This document shows positions 36,677 through 46,261 of a DNA stretch of 58,312 nt, one piece after another. Both the position numbers and the translations under genes were made by a program. The stretch covers positions 1-58,312 of the forward strand of contig CAYUCO010000045.1 in the NCBI GenBank assembly GCA_964443385.1. Reading direction: 5' to 3'. Position 1 is the stretch's first letter. Every line of letters begins with the position of its first letter. Origin of the DNA: an uncultured Dehalococcoidia bacterium. GTDB lineage: Bacteria > Chloroflexota > Dehalococcoidia > Lucifugimonadales > UBA2985. Below the pieces are notes generated by a model, which did no database searches, was not told the DNA's origin, and worked only from the letters and a program-made list of their open reading frames with translations.

Positions 36677-38485
36677 TTAAGGGTCAATTTTCTTTATATG
36701 TACTTCTGATAATTGAGAATCATCAACCTCAGAAGGAGCTCCGAACAATGGGTCTATGGCGGCCTGGGTTTTAGGGAAAGCTATTACTTCTCTGATGTTT
36801 TCTTCGTTAGTCATTAACATTACGATTCTGTCTATGCCAGCTGCGAAGCCTCCGTGGGGAGGGGCTCCGTATTCTAATGCGTCCAAAATCTGACCAAATT
36901 GTTCTTGCATTTCCTGTGCGCTATGTCCTAGCAGGCCAAAAATCTGTTCCTGTATATCTCGTTTGTTATTCCTAATGCTACCGCCACCTATTTCAAGGCC
37001 ATTACAAACTAAATCATATTGATTTGCAAGAACTGAACCTGGGTTGGTGCTCAATTGATCTACTTGGTTGCTTTTGGGTGAAGAAAAAGGATTATGTGTA
37101 GAATCCCATCGGTTATCTTCAGGTTTCCATTCTAGCAAAGGGAAATCAATGACAAACGCGAATGCCAAAGTATTTGGGTCTGCGAGTCCTAATCTTTTCC
37201 CCATTTCATTCCTGCACTGACTTAGTACAAGATTAACAACCTTGGGATCTCCAGCTATAATAAGCATAAGATCCCCTCGTTTGGCTCCTAATTTTTCTGA
37301 TATGTTTGTAACCTCTTTTGGTGTTAGATACCTAGCAGCAGGTGATTTTATATCACTTTCCGACAGATCTTGTATCCCCATCTCAGGGTCCCCTTCTAGG
37401 GAAATGGTGATTAGCCCAGAGGCTCCTCGTTCTTTGGCAAAATTTATTAGATCATCTATCTCCCTGCGAGTGTAATTGCCACATCTAGGGGCTACAAATC
37501 CTTTGATTGCTCCGCCGTTTTTTATCACGTTTGAAAACACTTGAAACTGTGTTGATTGTAATTGATCTGCAATATCATTTAATTCCAATTCAAATCTTAA
37601 GTCTGGCTTGTCAGTACCAAAACGCTCCATAACTTCTTGATATGTTAATTTAGGAAACGGTTCTATTAGCGTTTTTTCTGGTGAAACTATTTTGGTGAGT
37701 CCAGCGAAGAGTTGTTCCATCAATGCCAGTACATCGTTCTCATCTACGAAACCCATTTCCAGATCCAATTGTGTAAATTCAGGCTGCCTATCTGCTCTTA
37801 AATCTTCGTCTCTGAAGCAACGTGCTATTTGGAAATACTTTTCTATACCACCCATAACTAATAACTGCTTCATTTGTTGTGGAGATTGAGGCAAAGCATA
37901 AAAATGACCTGGATGAATTCTACTAGGAACTAGGTAATCCCTCGCTCCTTCTGGAGTGCTCCTTGTAAGTATTGGAGTTTCAACCTCAATAAAACCGCTA
38001 CCGTCCAAAAAGTCTCTTATAAATTTAACTACTACATGTCTTTTTATAAGATTTTCCCTGAGGCCCTTACGTCTCATGTCTAGATATCTGTGTTTTAGTC
38101 GGATCATCTCGTCAGTAGAGTCTGAATCCTCCTCTATGCTAAATGGAGGCGTCTTGGAAGTATTCAGTATTTTGGAAGTGGTAACGACTATTTCAATCTC
38201 GCCAGTGCTCATAGCGTCATTGGTAGTGCCAGCTGGCCTGGAGGTTACGGTCCCAATTATATTCAGAACCCATTCATTTCTTATATCTTGGGCCAAGTCG
38301 TGTGCTTCTGCATTTGTTTCTGGGTTGAATACGACTTGTACTATGCCAGTCCAATCTCTCAGGTCTATAAAGATCAAGCCACCATGATCTCTTCTGCGGT
38401 GAACCCAACCGGCGACTTGGACTTGTTGCCCTAAAAGTTCACTATTAATTGTTCCACAGTCATAGGATTTGAACACTTTATGCAC
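36677..38485 (-). CDS. aspS: Aspartate--tRNA ligase
   Basis: 602 aa. Class II motif FRDEDLRADRQPEFTQLD and C-terminal GGFAAGIDRIVMLM. The start may be GTG 38476. Confidence 0.95.
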   Translation of the reverse strand: MHKVFKSYDCGTINSELLGQQVQVAGWVHRRRDHGGLIFIDLRDWTGIVQVVFNPETNAEAHDLAQDIRNEWVLNIIGTVTSRPAGTTNDAMSTGEIEIVVTTSKILNTSKTPPFSIEEDSDSTDEMIRLKHRYLDMRRKGLRENLIKRHVVVKFIRDFLDGSGFIEVETPILTRSTPEGARDYLVPSRIHPGHFYALPQSPQQMKQLLVMGGIEKYFQIARCFRDEDLRADRQPEFTQLDLEMGFVDENDVLALMEQLFAGLTKIVSPEKTLIEPFPKLTYQEVMERFGTDKPDLRFELELNDIADQLQSTQFQVFSNVIKNGGAIKGFVAPRCGNYTRREIDDLINFAKERGASGLITISLEGDPEMGIQDLSESDIKSPAARYLTPKEVTNISEKLGAKRGDLMLIIAGDPKVVNLVLSQCRNEMGKRLGLADPNTLAFAFVIDFPLLEWKPEDNRWDSTHNPFSSPKSNQVDQLSTNPGSVLANQYDLVCNGLEIGGGSIRNNKRDIQEQIFGLLGHSAQEMQEQFGQILDALEYGAPPHGGFAAGIDRIVMLMTNEENIREVIAFPKTQAAIDPLFGAPSEVDDSQLSEVHIKKIDP

Positions 38486-38522
38486 CTTTCTTGTGCTTTA
38501 ACATCTATTCCAACGGCGTATT

Positions 38523-38551
38523 ATTATAGGTTAGGATATAGACGCTTGCAA
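38523..38551 (-). promoter_or_regulatory. Candidate sigma-70-type promoter for aspS
   Basis: On the minus strand: TTGCAA (38551-38546), 17-nt spacer, TATAAT (38528-38523), about 35-45 nt upstream of the aspS start. Confidence 0.5.
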
Positions 38552-38634
38552 CAAGAGAAAAAGATGGGCTGTTTATTTAGACATTTTCTGGCTAATGATT
38601 CAAATGTTGTGCTGCTTAGTGAGAGCCTTTTATC

Positions 38635-38663
38635 TTGACAATAAATTAACCCTGAAGTAACAT
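38635..38663 (+). promoter_or_regulatory. Candidate promoter for the thrC-like/NIL/MoaD-like operon
   Basis: TTGACA (38635-38640), 17-nt spacer, TAACAT (38658-38663). Leaves a leader of about 105 nt before GTG 38776. Confidence 0.35.
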
Positions 38664-38775
38664 CAAATTCGCTTTATCGATAATACATTTCAGGCGTGCA
38701 ATAGGGCTAGCATCGAGTTTTGCAAGCTTTGTTTCTACATCTTGTCTGTATAATACATATTAGGAAAATCTTGAA

Positions 38776-40002
38776 GTGAGTTATGCAAAAGGTCTTTTTT
38801 GTAAAGAATGTGGGCGAGATTACCCTATTGAGCCCATAAATGTCTGTGACTTCTGTTTCGGGCCATTGGAAGTCACTTATGACTACGAATCTATAGCACT
38901 AAATATAAGTAGGGACAAAATTTTAAAAGGCCCCCATAGCATGTGGCGTTACTCTGACTTTTTGCCTGTGGATACAGCAAATGCAGTGGATATTAATGCT
39001 GGATTTACTCCTCTAATTAAATCCGAAAACATGGGTAAGTATCTAGGGTTGGAGAACCTCTATTTTAAGAATGATTCGGTCAATCCGTCATTCTCGTTTA
39101 AAGACCGAGTAGTAGCGGTTGCAAGCACTAAGGCCAAAGAATTCGGGTTTGATACCCTTGCTTGTGCCTCTACTGGCAACCTGGCGGGGAGTGTGGCCGC
39201 CCACGCTGCGAGATCCGGCATGAGATCCTTTGTGTTCATACCTGCAGACCTTGAAGTGGGTAAAATTGTTGGGGCTGCTATTTACGGCACTACTTTGGTC
39301 GCTGTAGATGGAAGTTATGACGATGTCAATCGTTTGTGTAGTGAACTTTCAGATACCTACAACTGGGCTTTCGTTAATATAAATATGAGACCATATTATT
39401 CTGAAGGAAGTAAGACATTAGGTTTTGAAGTTTCCGAACAACTGGGATGGAAAGCACCTGATAATTGTATAGTACCAGGTGCTTCGGGTTCTCTCTTTAC
39501 TAAAATTTGGAAAGGGATGAATGAATTCGCAACAGCCGGTCTTATTGACACCCCCAAAACGAAAATGTTTATTGGCCAAGCTGAAGGATGCTCTCCAATA
39601 ATATCTGCGTATGATGCCAACGACTTTGCTATACGGCCTGTTAAACCGGACACGATAGCAAAATCGTTAGCTATAGGTAATCCAGCTGATGGATATTTTG
39701 CTCTGAAAGTCATTGAAGAAACTCACGGTGGCGGCTACGCTGTTCCTGAGGAAGATATAGCCGATGGCATAAAGGATTTGGCGGAGATGGAAGGGATTTT
39801 TACTGAACCTGCTGGTGGTGTGGTAATCGCAACGTTGAAACGTTTGGCTCTTACTGGACAGATAAAACCTGAAGAAACTACTGTAGCGTTCATAACTGGC
39901 AATGGATACAAAACTAGAGAAGTGGTTGAACATGTGGCTAATCCAGTTTTGATAAAACCAACATTTGCTTCCTTTGAAGAAGCAATAGGTGTTAGACTCT
40001 AA
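38776..40002 (+). CDS. thrC: Threonine synthase-fold PLP enzyme with N-terminal zinc ribbon (ThrC or ThrC-like sulfur-transfer enzyme)
   Basis: 408 aa, GTG start. Zinc ribbon CKECG...CDFCFG. PLP-lysine motif NPSFSFKDR. Glycine-rich loop region as in fold-type II enzymes. Confidence 0.8.
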   Translation: MSYAKGLFCKECGRDYPIEPINVCDFCFGPLEVTYDYESIALNISRDKILKGPHSMWRYSDFLPVDTANAVDINAGFTPLIKSENMGKYLGLENLYFKNDSVNPSFSFKDRVVAVASTKAKEFGFDTLACASTGNLAGSVAAHAARSGMRSFVFIPADLEVGKIVGAAIYGTTLVAVDGSYDDVNRLCSELSDTYNWAFVNINMRPYYSEGSKTLGFEVSEQLGWKAPDNCIVPGASGSLFTKIWKGMNEFATAGLIDTPKTKMFIGQAEGCSPIISAYDANDFAIRPVKPDTIAKSLAIGNPADGYFALKVIEETHGGGYAVPEEDIADGIKDLAEMEGIFTEPAGGVVIATLKRLALTGQIKPEETTVAFITGNGYKTREVVEHVANPVLIKPTFASFEEAIGVRL

Positions 40003-40030
40003 TATAGATATTGTTGACGGGAGTTTAGTT

Positions 40031-40276
40031 ATGGTGAAGCGTCGTGCAAGATTTACATTTCCCACTGGTCTCATTACAGAACCAGTTATATTCAACCTAG
40101 GTCGGGACTTCGATGTTGTAACAAATATTAGAAGAGCCGATGTGCGTGAAGACGTGGGGTGGGTTGTATTAGAGATTGAGGGTAACGAGGATGAAATAGA
40201 CAGAGGCTTGGCATGGGTTAAGAGTATGGGCGTTAGGGTTGACCCAGTGACTGGAGATGTAGTAGATAGTATATAG
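40031..40276 (+). CDS. Stand-alone NIL-domain protein
   Basis: Track ORF 39989..40276. GGGAG at 40019-40023 is 7 nt before ATG 40031. The 81-aa sequence RRARFTFPTGLITEPVIFNLGRDFDVVTNIRRADVREDVGWVVLEIEG resembles the NIL domain of the MetN C-terminus. Confidence 0.6.
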   Translation: MVKRRARFTFPTGLITEPVIFNLGRDFDVVTNIRRADVREDVGWVVLEIEGNEDEIDRGLAWVKSMGVRVDPVTGDVVDSI

Positions 40277-40311
40277 TTAGTTTTGAGTTTTTAATGTAAT
40301 AGGAGGCTAAA

Positions 40312-40590
40312 ATGAGTGTAGAAGTTAGAATTCCAACACCTTTACGCCGCGTGACCAACGGGCAAGAAAAGGCTTCAGTCGAAGGGAAAAATCTGATTGA
40401 GATTATCGATGCTTTGGAAGCACAACATCCAGGCATAAAGGAACGAATGTGTGATGACGATGGTTCTTTGAGGCATTTTGTTAACATTTATGTTAATGGA
40501 GAAGATGTTAGATTTTTGAATGGACTTGAAACAGAAATCAACACAGGTGATGAAGTTAGCATTGTCCCTGCAGTAGCTGGCGGTTTCTAA
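40312..40590 (+). CDS. MoaD/ThiS-family (CysO-like) sulfur-carrier protein ending in GG-Phe
   Basis: 92 aa. AGGAGG precedes the ATG. VNIYVNGEDVRFLNGLETEINTGDEVSIVPAVAGGF is a beta-grasp sulfur-carrier signature with one residue after the GG. Confidence 0.8.
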   Translation: MSVEVRIPTPLRRVTNGQEKASVEGKNLIEIIDALEAQHPGIKERMCDDDGSLRHFVNIYVNGEDVRFLNGLETEINTGDEVSIVPAVAGGF

Positions 40591-40624
40591 CTCTGGAAAA
40601 TATCCGAATCAACCTTCGTGAAGG

Positions 40625-41797
40625 CTATGTGGTGTTCTCACTGTGCAAACGGTTGTGCCACTTCTTTTTTTGTTCGATGCGGACATGTTCGTTCGTGGGT
40701 TGATACGTCATTAGAAATTCTTGTTTGAATCTATCGAATGTGCCTGCATCTATATGGTTTCGGATTTGTTCCATTAAACACATTATGTATCTTAGGTTAT
40801 GTATGGTTGCCAACCTATATCCGAGCAATTCTTTGGCTTTGAATAGATGATTCAAATATGCCATGGAATATCTAGAACATGTGTAACAGTCACACGATTC
40901 TTCAATTGGGTTATTTGCAAATCTGTATATTGATCTATTTACATTTATGCGGCCAGTTTTGGTGAACAGGGATCCATTGCGAGCGACTCTTGTAGGTAGA
41001 ACACAGTCAAATAAATCTATTCCATAATCCACGCAGTTAACGATGTCTTCTGGAGAACCCACTCCCATTAAGTATCTTGGTTTTTCTTCAGGCAATACCA
41101 TACTGGTTACTGAAACTGTTGTGTACATGTCGTTTTTGGATTCTCCCACACTGAGACCACCAATTGCATATCCATCGAAATCCAATTCGGTTAGTGTCTT
41201 CGCAGATTCCAACCTCAAATCATGGTCTATTCCACCTTGAACTATCGCAAAAATGGATTGATCTTTACTAGTTTTAACCACCTTCGACCTGATTGCCCAA
41301 TTGTGCGTTCTTTCCATTGCATTTTTCGTATGGATATAATCACTGTGTGGTGAGATACAGTGGTCAAGTAGCATTGCAATATCAACACCCAATTTCGCTT
41401 GATGTTCTAGCACAAGTTCAGGTGTCATGAAAATCTGTTGGCCGTCTATGTGAGACTTAAATGCAACTCCTTCCTCAGACACTTTTACGAGTTTGGAAAG
41501 GCTTAGTGTTTGGAATCCGCCACTGTCTGTCAGTATTGGTGAACTCCAATTCATGAATTTATGCAATCCACCCAATTCTGATATGGTATTTATGCTGGGT
41601 CTTAGCATCAAATGATATACGTTGGATAAAATTATAGAGGCCCCCAGATCCATAAGATCTTCGGATGAAAGGGATTTTACGGAACCCTGAGTTGCAACCG
41701 GCATGAAGGTTGGTGTTTGAATAGATCCGTGCTTAGTCGTGAATATGCCAGTACGAGCATTCCCGGATCTACTCTGTATTTCGAATCTATCGCTCAT
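40625..41797 (-). CDS. tgt: Queuine tRNA-ribosyltransferase
   Basis: 390 aa. TPTFMPVATQGSVK, LTDSGGFQ, and zinc motif CDCYTCSRYSMAYLNHL. Confidence 0.95.
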   Translation of the reverse strand: MSDRFEIQSRSGNARTGIFTTKHGSIQTPTFMPVATQGSVKSLSSEDLMDLGASIILSNVYHLMLRPSINTISELGGLHKFMNWSSPILTDSGGFQTLSLSKLVKVSEEGVAFKSHIDGQQIFMTPELVLEHQAKLGVDIAMLLDHCISPHSDYIHTKNAMERTHNWAIRSKVVKTSKDQSIFAIVQGGIDHDLRLESAKTLTELDFDGYAIGGLSVGESKNDMYTTVSVTSMVLPEEKPRYLMGVGSPEDIVNCVDYGIDLFDCVLPTRVARNGSLFTKTGRINVNRSIYRFANNPIEESCDCYTCSRYSMAYLNHLFKAKELLGYRLATIHNLRYIMCLMEQIRNHIDAGTFDRFKQEFLMTYQPTNEHVRIEQKKKWHNRLHSENTT

Positions 41798-41869
41798 GTT
41801 TTATTTGATATATTATAGTTTAGAATGAAAAGTTGGGAAACCCGGAGATTTAATACGAGGTAATATCTA

Positions 41870-42526
41870 ATGAAACCTTATTATCCTGTTTTTTTGGATC
41901 TAAACGCAAGATCTTGTGTCGTTATAGGCGGAGGTCCGATAGCAGAAGGCAAGATCCAGATGCTGCTGGAATGTGGCGCAAATATTACTATGATTAGCCC
42001 GACAGTAACTGCACAGATCAAGGATTTGGCAAAAACAGGGGCGATACAATTGGAAGAACGTGAGTATAGAGAGGGTGACTTAAGTCAAGCATATCTTGTA
42101 ATAGCTGCAACTGATGATAACAACGTCAACCAAACTATAGCTCGCGAAGCTGAACAGCACAACTTATTGTTAAATGTTGCGGATGTCACTCATCTTTGCA
42201 ACTTTATTGCTCCTGCAGTTGTGCGACGAGGAGATGTTACCGTAGCGATATCTACTAGTGGGACCAGCCCTGCATTGGCCAGAAAGCTTCGGGAGGAAAT
42301 AGAGGGTTGTTCATTACGTTGTACAGAACCGTTTTTGGATTATGCTGATCTATCTACTATGCTTTCCGAGATAAGGGTTTCCCTGAAAAACAAAGGTGTA
42401 AGAATTGATCCCGAGCATTGGCAAAAATGTCTGAATCGAAACATATTGAGCCTTTATAGTAAGGACAAAGAAGGAGCCAAAGAATTCCTGTTAAACTCTT
42501 TGCTTGAAGGTATTGTGAGGGATTAA
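41870..42526 (+). CDS. Precorrin-2 dehydrogenase / sirohydrochlorin ferrochelatase (SirC / CysG N-terminal-like)
   Basis: 218 aa. PVFLDLNARSCVVIGGGPIAEGK Rossmann motif and VAISTSGTSPALAR. Confidence 0.85.
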   Translation: MKPYYPVFLDLNARSCVVIGGGPIAEGKIQMLLECGANITMISPTVTAQIKDLAKTGAIQLEEREYREGDLSQAYLVIAATDDNNVNQTIAREAEQHNLLLNVADVTHLCNFIAPAVVRRGDVTVAISTSGTSPALARKLREEIEGCSLRCTEPFLDYADLSTMLSEIRVSLKNKGVRIDPEHWQKCLNRNILSLYSKDKEGAKEFLLNSLLEGIVRD

Positions 42527-43800
42527 TGTCTAAAGGCAATATGTTCGTTGTGGGATTGAATCACGATACTGCTCCATTATATGTCAGAGAGAAAATTGCT
42601 TTGACTCGAGATGAACTGATAGTTTCCTTAGGCAAACTCAAAGAATCTATTGGAGACTTGGTAATACTATCTACTTGTAATAGGACGGAGTTCTACTTTC
42701 TTAGTTCTGATATGAAAATGCATAGGGATGCAATAATGGAATTTCTTGTTATAAGATCTGGAACCAATATAGAGGATCTTGCAGGGTTCACCTATTTATA
42801 TAAACAAAAAGACGCAGTTAACCATTTATTTAGAGTGATTTCAGGGATAGATTCTTTGATAATCGGAGAGTCTCAAATACTAGGACAAATACGGGAGGCT
42901 TATAGTATTGCGGTGGAACAAAACACCGCGAACGGTACCATGTCCAAAATATTTCACCAAGCTCTCAGGGTTGGTAAGAGAGCCAGAAAAGAGACAGGTA
43001 TAGGAGAGCATTCTGTCTCAGTGAGTTCCTCAGCCGTTTCAATTGCAAAAGATATACTTGGTAGTTTGAGTGACAAGCGAGTCGCTGTTTTAGGAGCAGG
43101 TGAGGCTGGGAGGTTGGTAGCTAGATCATTCAGAGACCACAATGTCAAAGAATTATTGATATTTAATAGAACCTTTGATCGAGCTGTTGAACTTGCAGAT
43201 GAGATTTCAGGTGAGGCATATCCTTGGGACTGTTTAGAAGAATGTATTAGTCAGGTAGACGCCGTTGTAACGTCTACTGATTCCAAAGATATTTTGATAG
43301 ATAAAGAAATATTGACAAAGTCTTCTCTGGAGTCCAGCAATACTCCATTAGTGATAATAGACATAGCTGTTCCAAGAGATGTAGATCCTGCCGTTGCCGA
43401 GATATCAAATGTGTCTTTATTTAATATGGATGACATACAGATGGTTGCGAATGAAAACTTCGAACACAGGAAAAATGAGATAGGCAAAGTGGAGAGCATA
43501 ATCGGACAAGAAATATCTAGATTTGAATCATGGTGGGATTCCTTGGAGATTTCTCCAAGCATAACTCTTTTGAGAAATCAGATGGATGAAATTAGGTTAA
43601 AAGAATTCTCTAAGCTGACTAAGGCGATGAAGCATTTGTCCAATGATGACATGTCCACGATAGAGATATTTAGCAAGGCTTTAACAAATAAATTCCTGCA
43701 TAGACCTATAACATCTATCAAAAAGAATCCAGAACAATCTGTGTCTATTAAGAAACTCTTTAATTTAGAAGAACCAAATCGAGAAAATGGCAAAGGATAA
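42526..43800 (+). CDS. hemA: Glutamyl-tRNA reductase
   Basis: 424 aa. Catalytic Cys block LSTCNRTEFY and NADPH motif VLGAGEAG. The start overlaps the upstream stop (TAATG). Confidence 0.95.
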   Translation: MSKGNMFVVGLNHDTAPLYVREKIALTRDELIVSLGKLKESIGDLVILSTCNRTEFYFLSSDMKMHRDAIMEFLVIRSGTNIEDLAGFTYLYKQKDAVNHLFRVISGIDSLIIGESQILGQIREAYSIAVEQNTANGTMSKIFHQALRVGKRARKETGIGEHSVSVSSSAVSIAKDILGSLSDKRVAVLGAGEAGRLVARSFRDHNVKELLIFNRTFDRAVELADEISGEAYPWDCLEECISQVDAVVTSTDSKDILIDKEILTKSSLESSNTPLVIIDIAVPRDVDPAVAEISNVSLFNMDDIQMVANENFEHRKNEIGKVESIIGQEISRFESWWDSLEISPSITLLRNQMDEIRLKEFSKLTKAMKHLSNDDMSTIEIFSKALTNKFLHRPITSIKKNPEQSVSIKKLFNLEEPNRENGKG

Positions 43801-43812
43801 TCAACAAGCACG

Positions 43813-44706
43813 ATGTCCAAAACATTATTGATAGGAACCAGACCTAGCCCTTTAGCGATAATCCAAACTAATGAAGTGGTGGATTGGTTGAAAAACTTCT
43901 ATCCTGATCTAACCTTCGATATTGTGGAAATTAATAGTGTTGGTGACAGGAACCCAGATGCCTCCATAAGGTCATTGGGTAAAGGGATTTTTGTTAAAGA
44001 AATAGAGCAGGCATTGATTGACAAGCGAATTGATGTAGCCGTCCATAGTCTTAAAGATCTGCCTGTAGACGATAATGATCTGTTAACCTCTTTGACAGTA
44101 TGTCCTAGAGAGGATTCTAGAGATGTGTTTATAAGTAAATTTAAATGTGATCTATCAAATATTCCTACTGGTTCCATAATCGGTACAAGTAGTCCTAGGC
44201 GTAAAGTTCAAATTCTTGCTGTTCGTCCGGACATAGTTGTATCTGAAATGAGAGGCAACGTGGGTACGAGGCTTAGTAAAATAGGTAGTTCGGATTATGA
44301 TGGTATAGTCGTTGCCGCTGCCGGCATAAATAGATTGGGTTATGGGGACTACATTGATCAATATTTAGATACTAATACAATAATTCCAGAGCCTGGCCAA
44401 GGTGCTCTGGCAGTTCAGTTTAGGAATGAAAACACATATGTTCAAGAATTGTGCATACAGATAGAAGATTCGGATACCAAGATAGCAATAACGGAAGAAA
44501 GAAACTTTGTAAAGGAAGTTGGAGGAGGCTGTAAGGTGCCAATAGCGGCTCATGTGCAGGTAAATGAATCAATGGTTGTGATGAACGGTATGATGGTATG
44601 TAGTAATGGAATAGATTTAGTTAAGGAATGCATAGAACGAACTGTCGATGAATCTCATGCCATTGGTAACATATTGGCAAAAAATCTATTGTCCAAAATC
44701 TACTAA
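43813..44706 (+). CDS. hemC: Hydroxymethylbilane synthase (porphobilinogen deaminase)
   Basis: 297 aa. IGTRPSPLAIIQT, AVHSLKDLP, and cofactor Cys block GGGCKVPIAAH. Confidence 0.95.
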   Translation: MSKTLLIGTRPSPLAIIQTNEVVDWLKNFYPDLTFDIVEINSVGDRNPDASIRSLGKGIFVKEIEQALIDKRIDVAVHSLKDLPVDDNDLLTSLTVCPREDSRDVFISKFKCDLSNIPTGSIIGTSSPRRKVQILAVRPDIVVSEMRGNVGTRLSKIGSSDYDGIVVAAAGINRLGYGDYIDQYLDTNTIIPEPGQGALAVQFRNENTYVQELCIQIEDSDTKIAITEERNFVKEVGGGCKVPIAAHVQVNESMVVMNGMMVCSNGIDLVKECIERTVDESHAIGNILAKNLLSKIY

Positions 44707-44725
44707 TAAGTATATAGGTGTGAAA

Positions 44726-45484
44726 ATGGGTGATGGTATTGTGTATTTGGTAGGAGCGGGCCCGGGCGATCCCGACCTTATATCTGTAAAAGGTCTACGA
44801 ATTATTGAAATTGCTGATGTTATCGTTTTTGACCGTTTGGTAGATAAAAGATTATTAGATAAATCCAGGAACGATGCGATCTTAATTGATGTCGGTAAAG
44901 GTAGAGATTTCAAACACATGGATCAGATTAGTATAAATGAATTACTAATTTCCGAGGCCGTTAAAGGTAGAACTGTACTAAGACTTAAAGGAGGTGACCC
45001 CTTCATATTTGGCCGCGGATCTGAAGAAGCTATAGTTTTGGCAGATAAAGGTATTAAGTTCGAAATAGTTCCGGGCGTTTCTTCCGCTGTGGCAGTTCCT
45101 GCTTACGCTGGAATCCCCCTTACTCATAGAGGTTTATCCTCAAAAATTACTATAGTTACAGGTAGCCAAGATCCAAATAAACGCCAATCCGATGTGGATT
45201 GGAAATCAATAGCATTAGACAAGGGAACCATAGTTATTTTGATGGGATGGGATAATCTTAAAGAAATATTGTTTTGTTTGACTTCTAATGGAATGCCAGA
45301 AGAAACACTTGCGGCGGTTATCCAATGGGGGACAGAACCGTATCAAACTGTGGTTAAGGGCACCGTCAATACTATATACCAGAAATCATTAGATGCATCT
45401 ATCACTGCACCTGTTACAGTTGTATTAGGTGAGGTTGTAGGAATAAGCTCTCAAATAGATTGGTTCAATGGCGAAACTGTTTGA
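44726..45484 (+). CDS. cobA: Uroporphyrinogen-III C-methyltransferase (SUMT)
   Basis: Track ORF 44648..45484 overlaps hemC. ATG 44726 gives MGDGIVYLVGAGPGDPDLISVKG, the canonical N-terminus, followed by LKGGDPFIFGRG. Confidence 0.92.
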   Translation: MGDGIVYLVGAGPGDPDLISVKGLRIIEIADVIVFDRLVDKRLLDKSRNDAILIDVGKGRDFKHMDQISINELLISEAVKGRTVLRLKGGDPFIFGRGSEEAIVLADKGIKFEIVPGVSSAVAVPAYAGIPLTHRGLSSKITIVTGSQDPNKRQSDVDWKSIALDKGTIVILMGWDNLKEILFCLTSNGMPEETLAAVIQWGTEPYQTVVKGTVNTIYQKSLDASITAPVTVVLGEVVGISSQIDWFNGETV

Positions 45485-46238
45485 TGGCAGAAATATATTG
45501 GTTCCTAGAGCTAGTAATCAAGCTGGAGAACTCTCTAACATTATCAGGGCTAAAGGGGGACATCCTATAGAAATTCCTGTAATCGAGATAACTCCGACAA
45601 AAAACATAGGGGATCTTGATAAAGGAATAAAATCCTTGGGCACTTACGATTGGGTGGTCTTTTCAAGTGTAAATGGTGTCAGGGGAGTATTTGAAAGAAT
45701 TTTTGCAATTGGTCTGGATGCTGGAATATTTAGATCAACCAAAATTGGTGCTATAGGACCAGCAACAGCTAAAGCCTTAACTAATTATGGTGTGGCTGTT
45801 GATTTGGAACCCCTGAAGTATGTTTCTGAATCAATGGTAGCAGAATTTGCTAATATAGGAGTGAAAGACAATTTCATCCTACATTTTTCGGCTGAAACAA
45901 CTAGAAATGTTTTATACTACGGCCTTACACGTGCGGGAGCATTGGTTACTCAAGTGTCTGTATACTCTACATCTACAAAAAAAGAATCCCGTCCAATGCT
46001 GGCCGAGGTGATGACCAGTGATAGAATTGATATAATTACATTTACTAGTTCTTCTGCAGTGAAAGGATTCCTTGAATTACTAGATGGCAGGGATACCTTG
46101 GTTAATGTTATTATTGCTTGTATTGGACCGATAACTGCTAACACCGCCATAGAGAATGGTCTTGATGTGCACGTAGTAGCAAAGGTGTCGACTATTACAG
46201 GGTTGGTCTCTGAAGTGCTGGACTATATTAGAGATTAA
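45468..46238 (+). CDS. hemD: Uroporphyrinogen-III synthase
   Basis: 256 aa. GRNILVPRA...VVFSSVNGV...ITFTSSSAV pattern. Overlaps cobA by 17 nt. Confidence 0.85.
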   Translation: MAKLFDGRNILVPRASNQAGELSNIIRAKGGHPIEIPVIEITPTKNIGDLDKGIKSLGTYDWVVFSSVNGVRGVFERIFAIGLDAGIFRSTKIGAIGPATAKALTNYGVAVDLEPLKYVSESMVAEFANIGVKDNFILHFSAETTRNVLYYGLTRAGALVTQVSVYSTSTKKESRPMLAEVMTSDRIDIITFTSSSAVKGFLELLDGRDTLVNVIIACIGPITANTAIENGLDVHVVAKVSTITGLVSEVLDYIRD

Positions 46239-46261
46239 TTGCTGAATTTGAAGAGGGTAGA

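Noticed and set aside
37956-38387. 143-aa ORF antisense to aspS
   Set aside because: It lies entirely inside a highly conserved gene on the other strand and is Ser/Leu-rich, so it is a shadow ORF.
38664-38775. Possible SAM riboswitch in the leader of the thrC-like operon
   Set aside because: I could not find the SAM-I, SAM-II or SAM-IV consensus elements (no GAGGGA...GCCC core). Only a 9-10 nt direct repeat (ATAATACAT, near 38690 and 38750) was seen. That is too little to call an RNA element without a covariance-model scan.
38486-38775. Possible T-box leader for aspS on the minus strand
   Set aside because: There is no T-box sequence (GGUGGUACCGCG-like) or specifier-loop pattern. The promoter candidate leaves only a 35-45 nt leader.
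39667-40095. 142-aa minus-strand ORF across the thrC-like 3' end and the NIL gene start
   Set aside because: It is antisense to two well-supported plus-strand genes and has no SD or recognisable motif.
44648-44725. N-terminal extension of cobA overlapping hemC
   Set aside because: ATG 44726 yields the canonical SUMT start (MGDGIVYLVGAGPGDP). The extension is read from the hemC 3' end in another frame.
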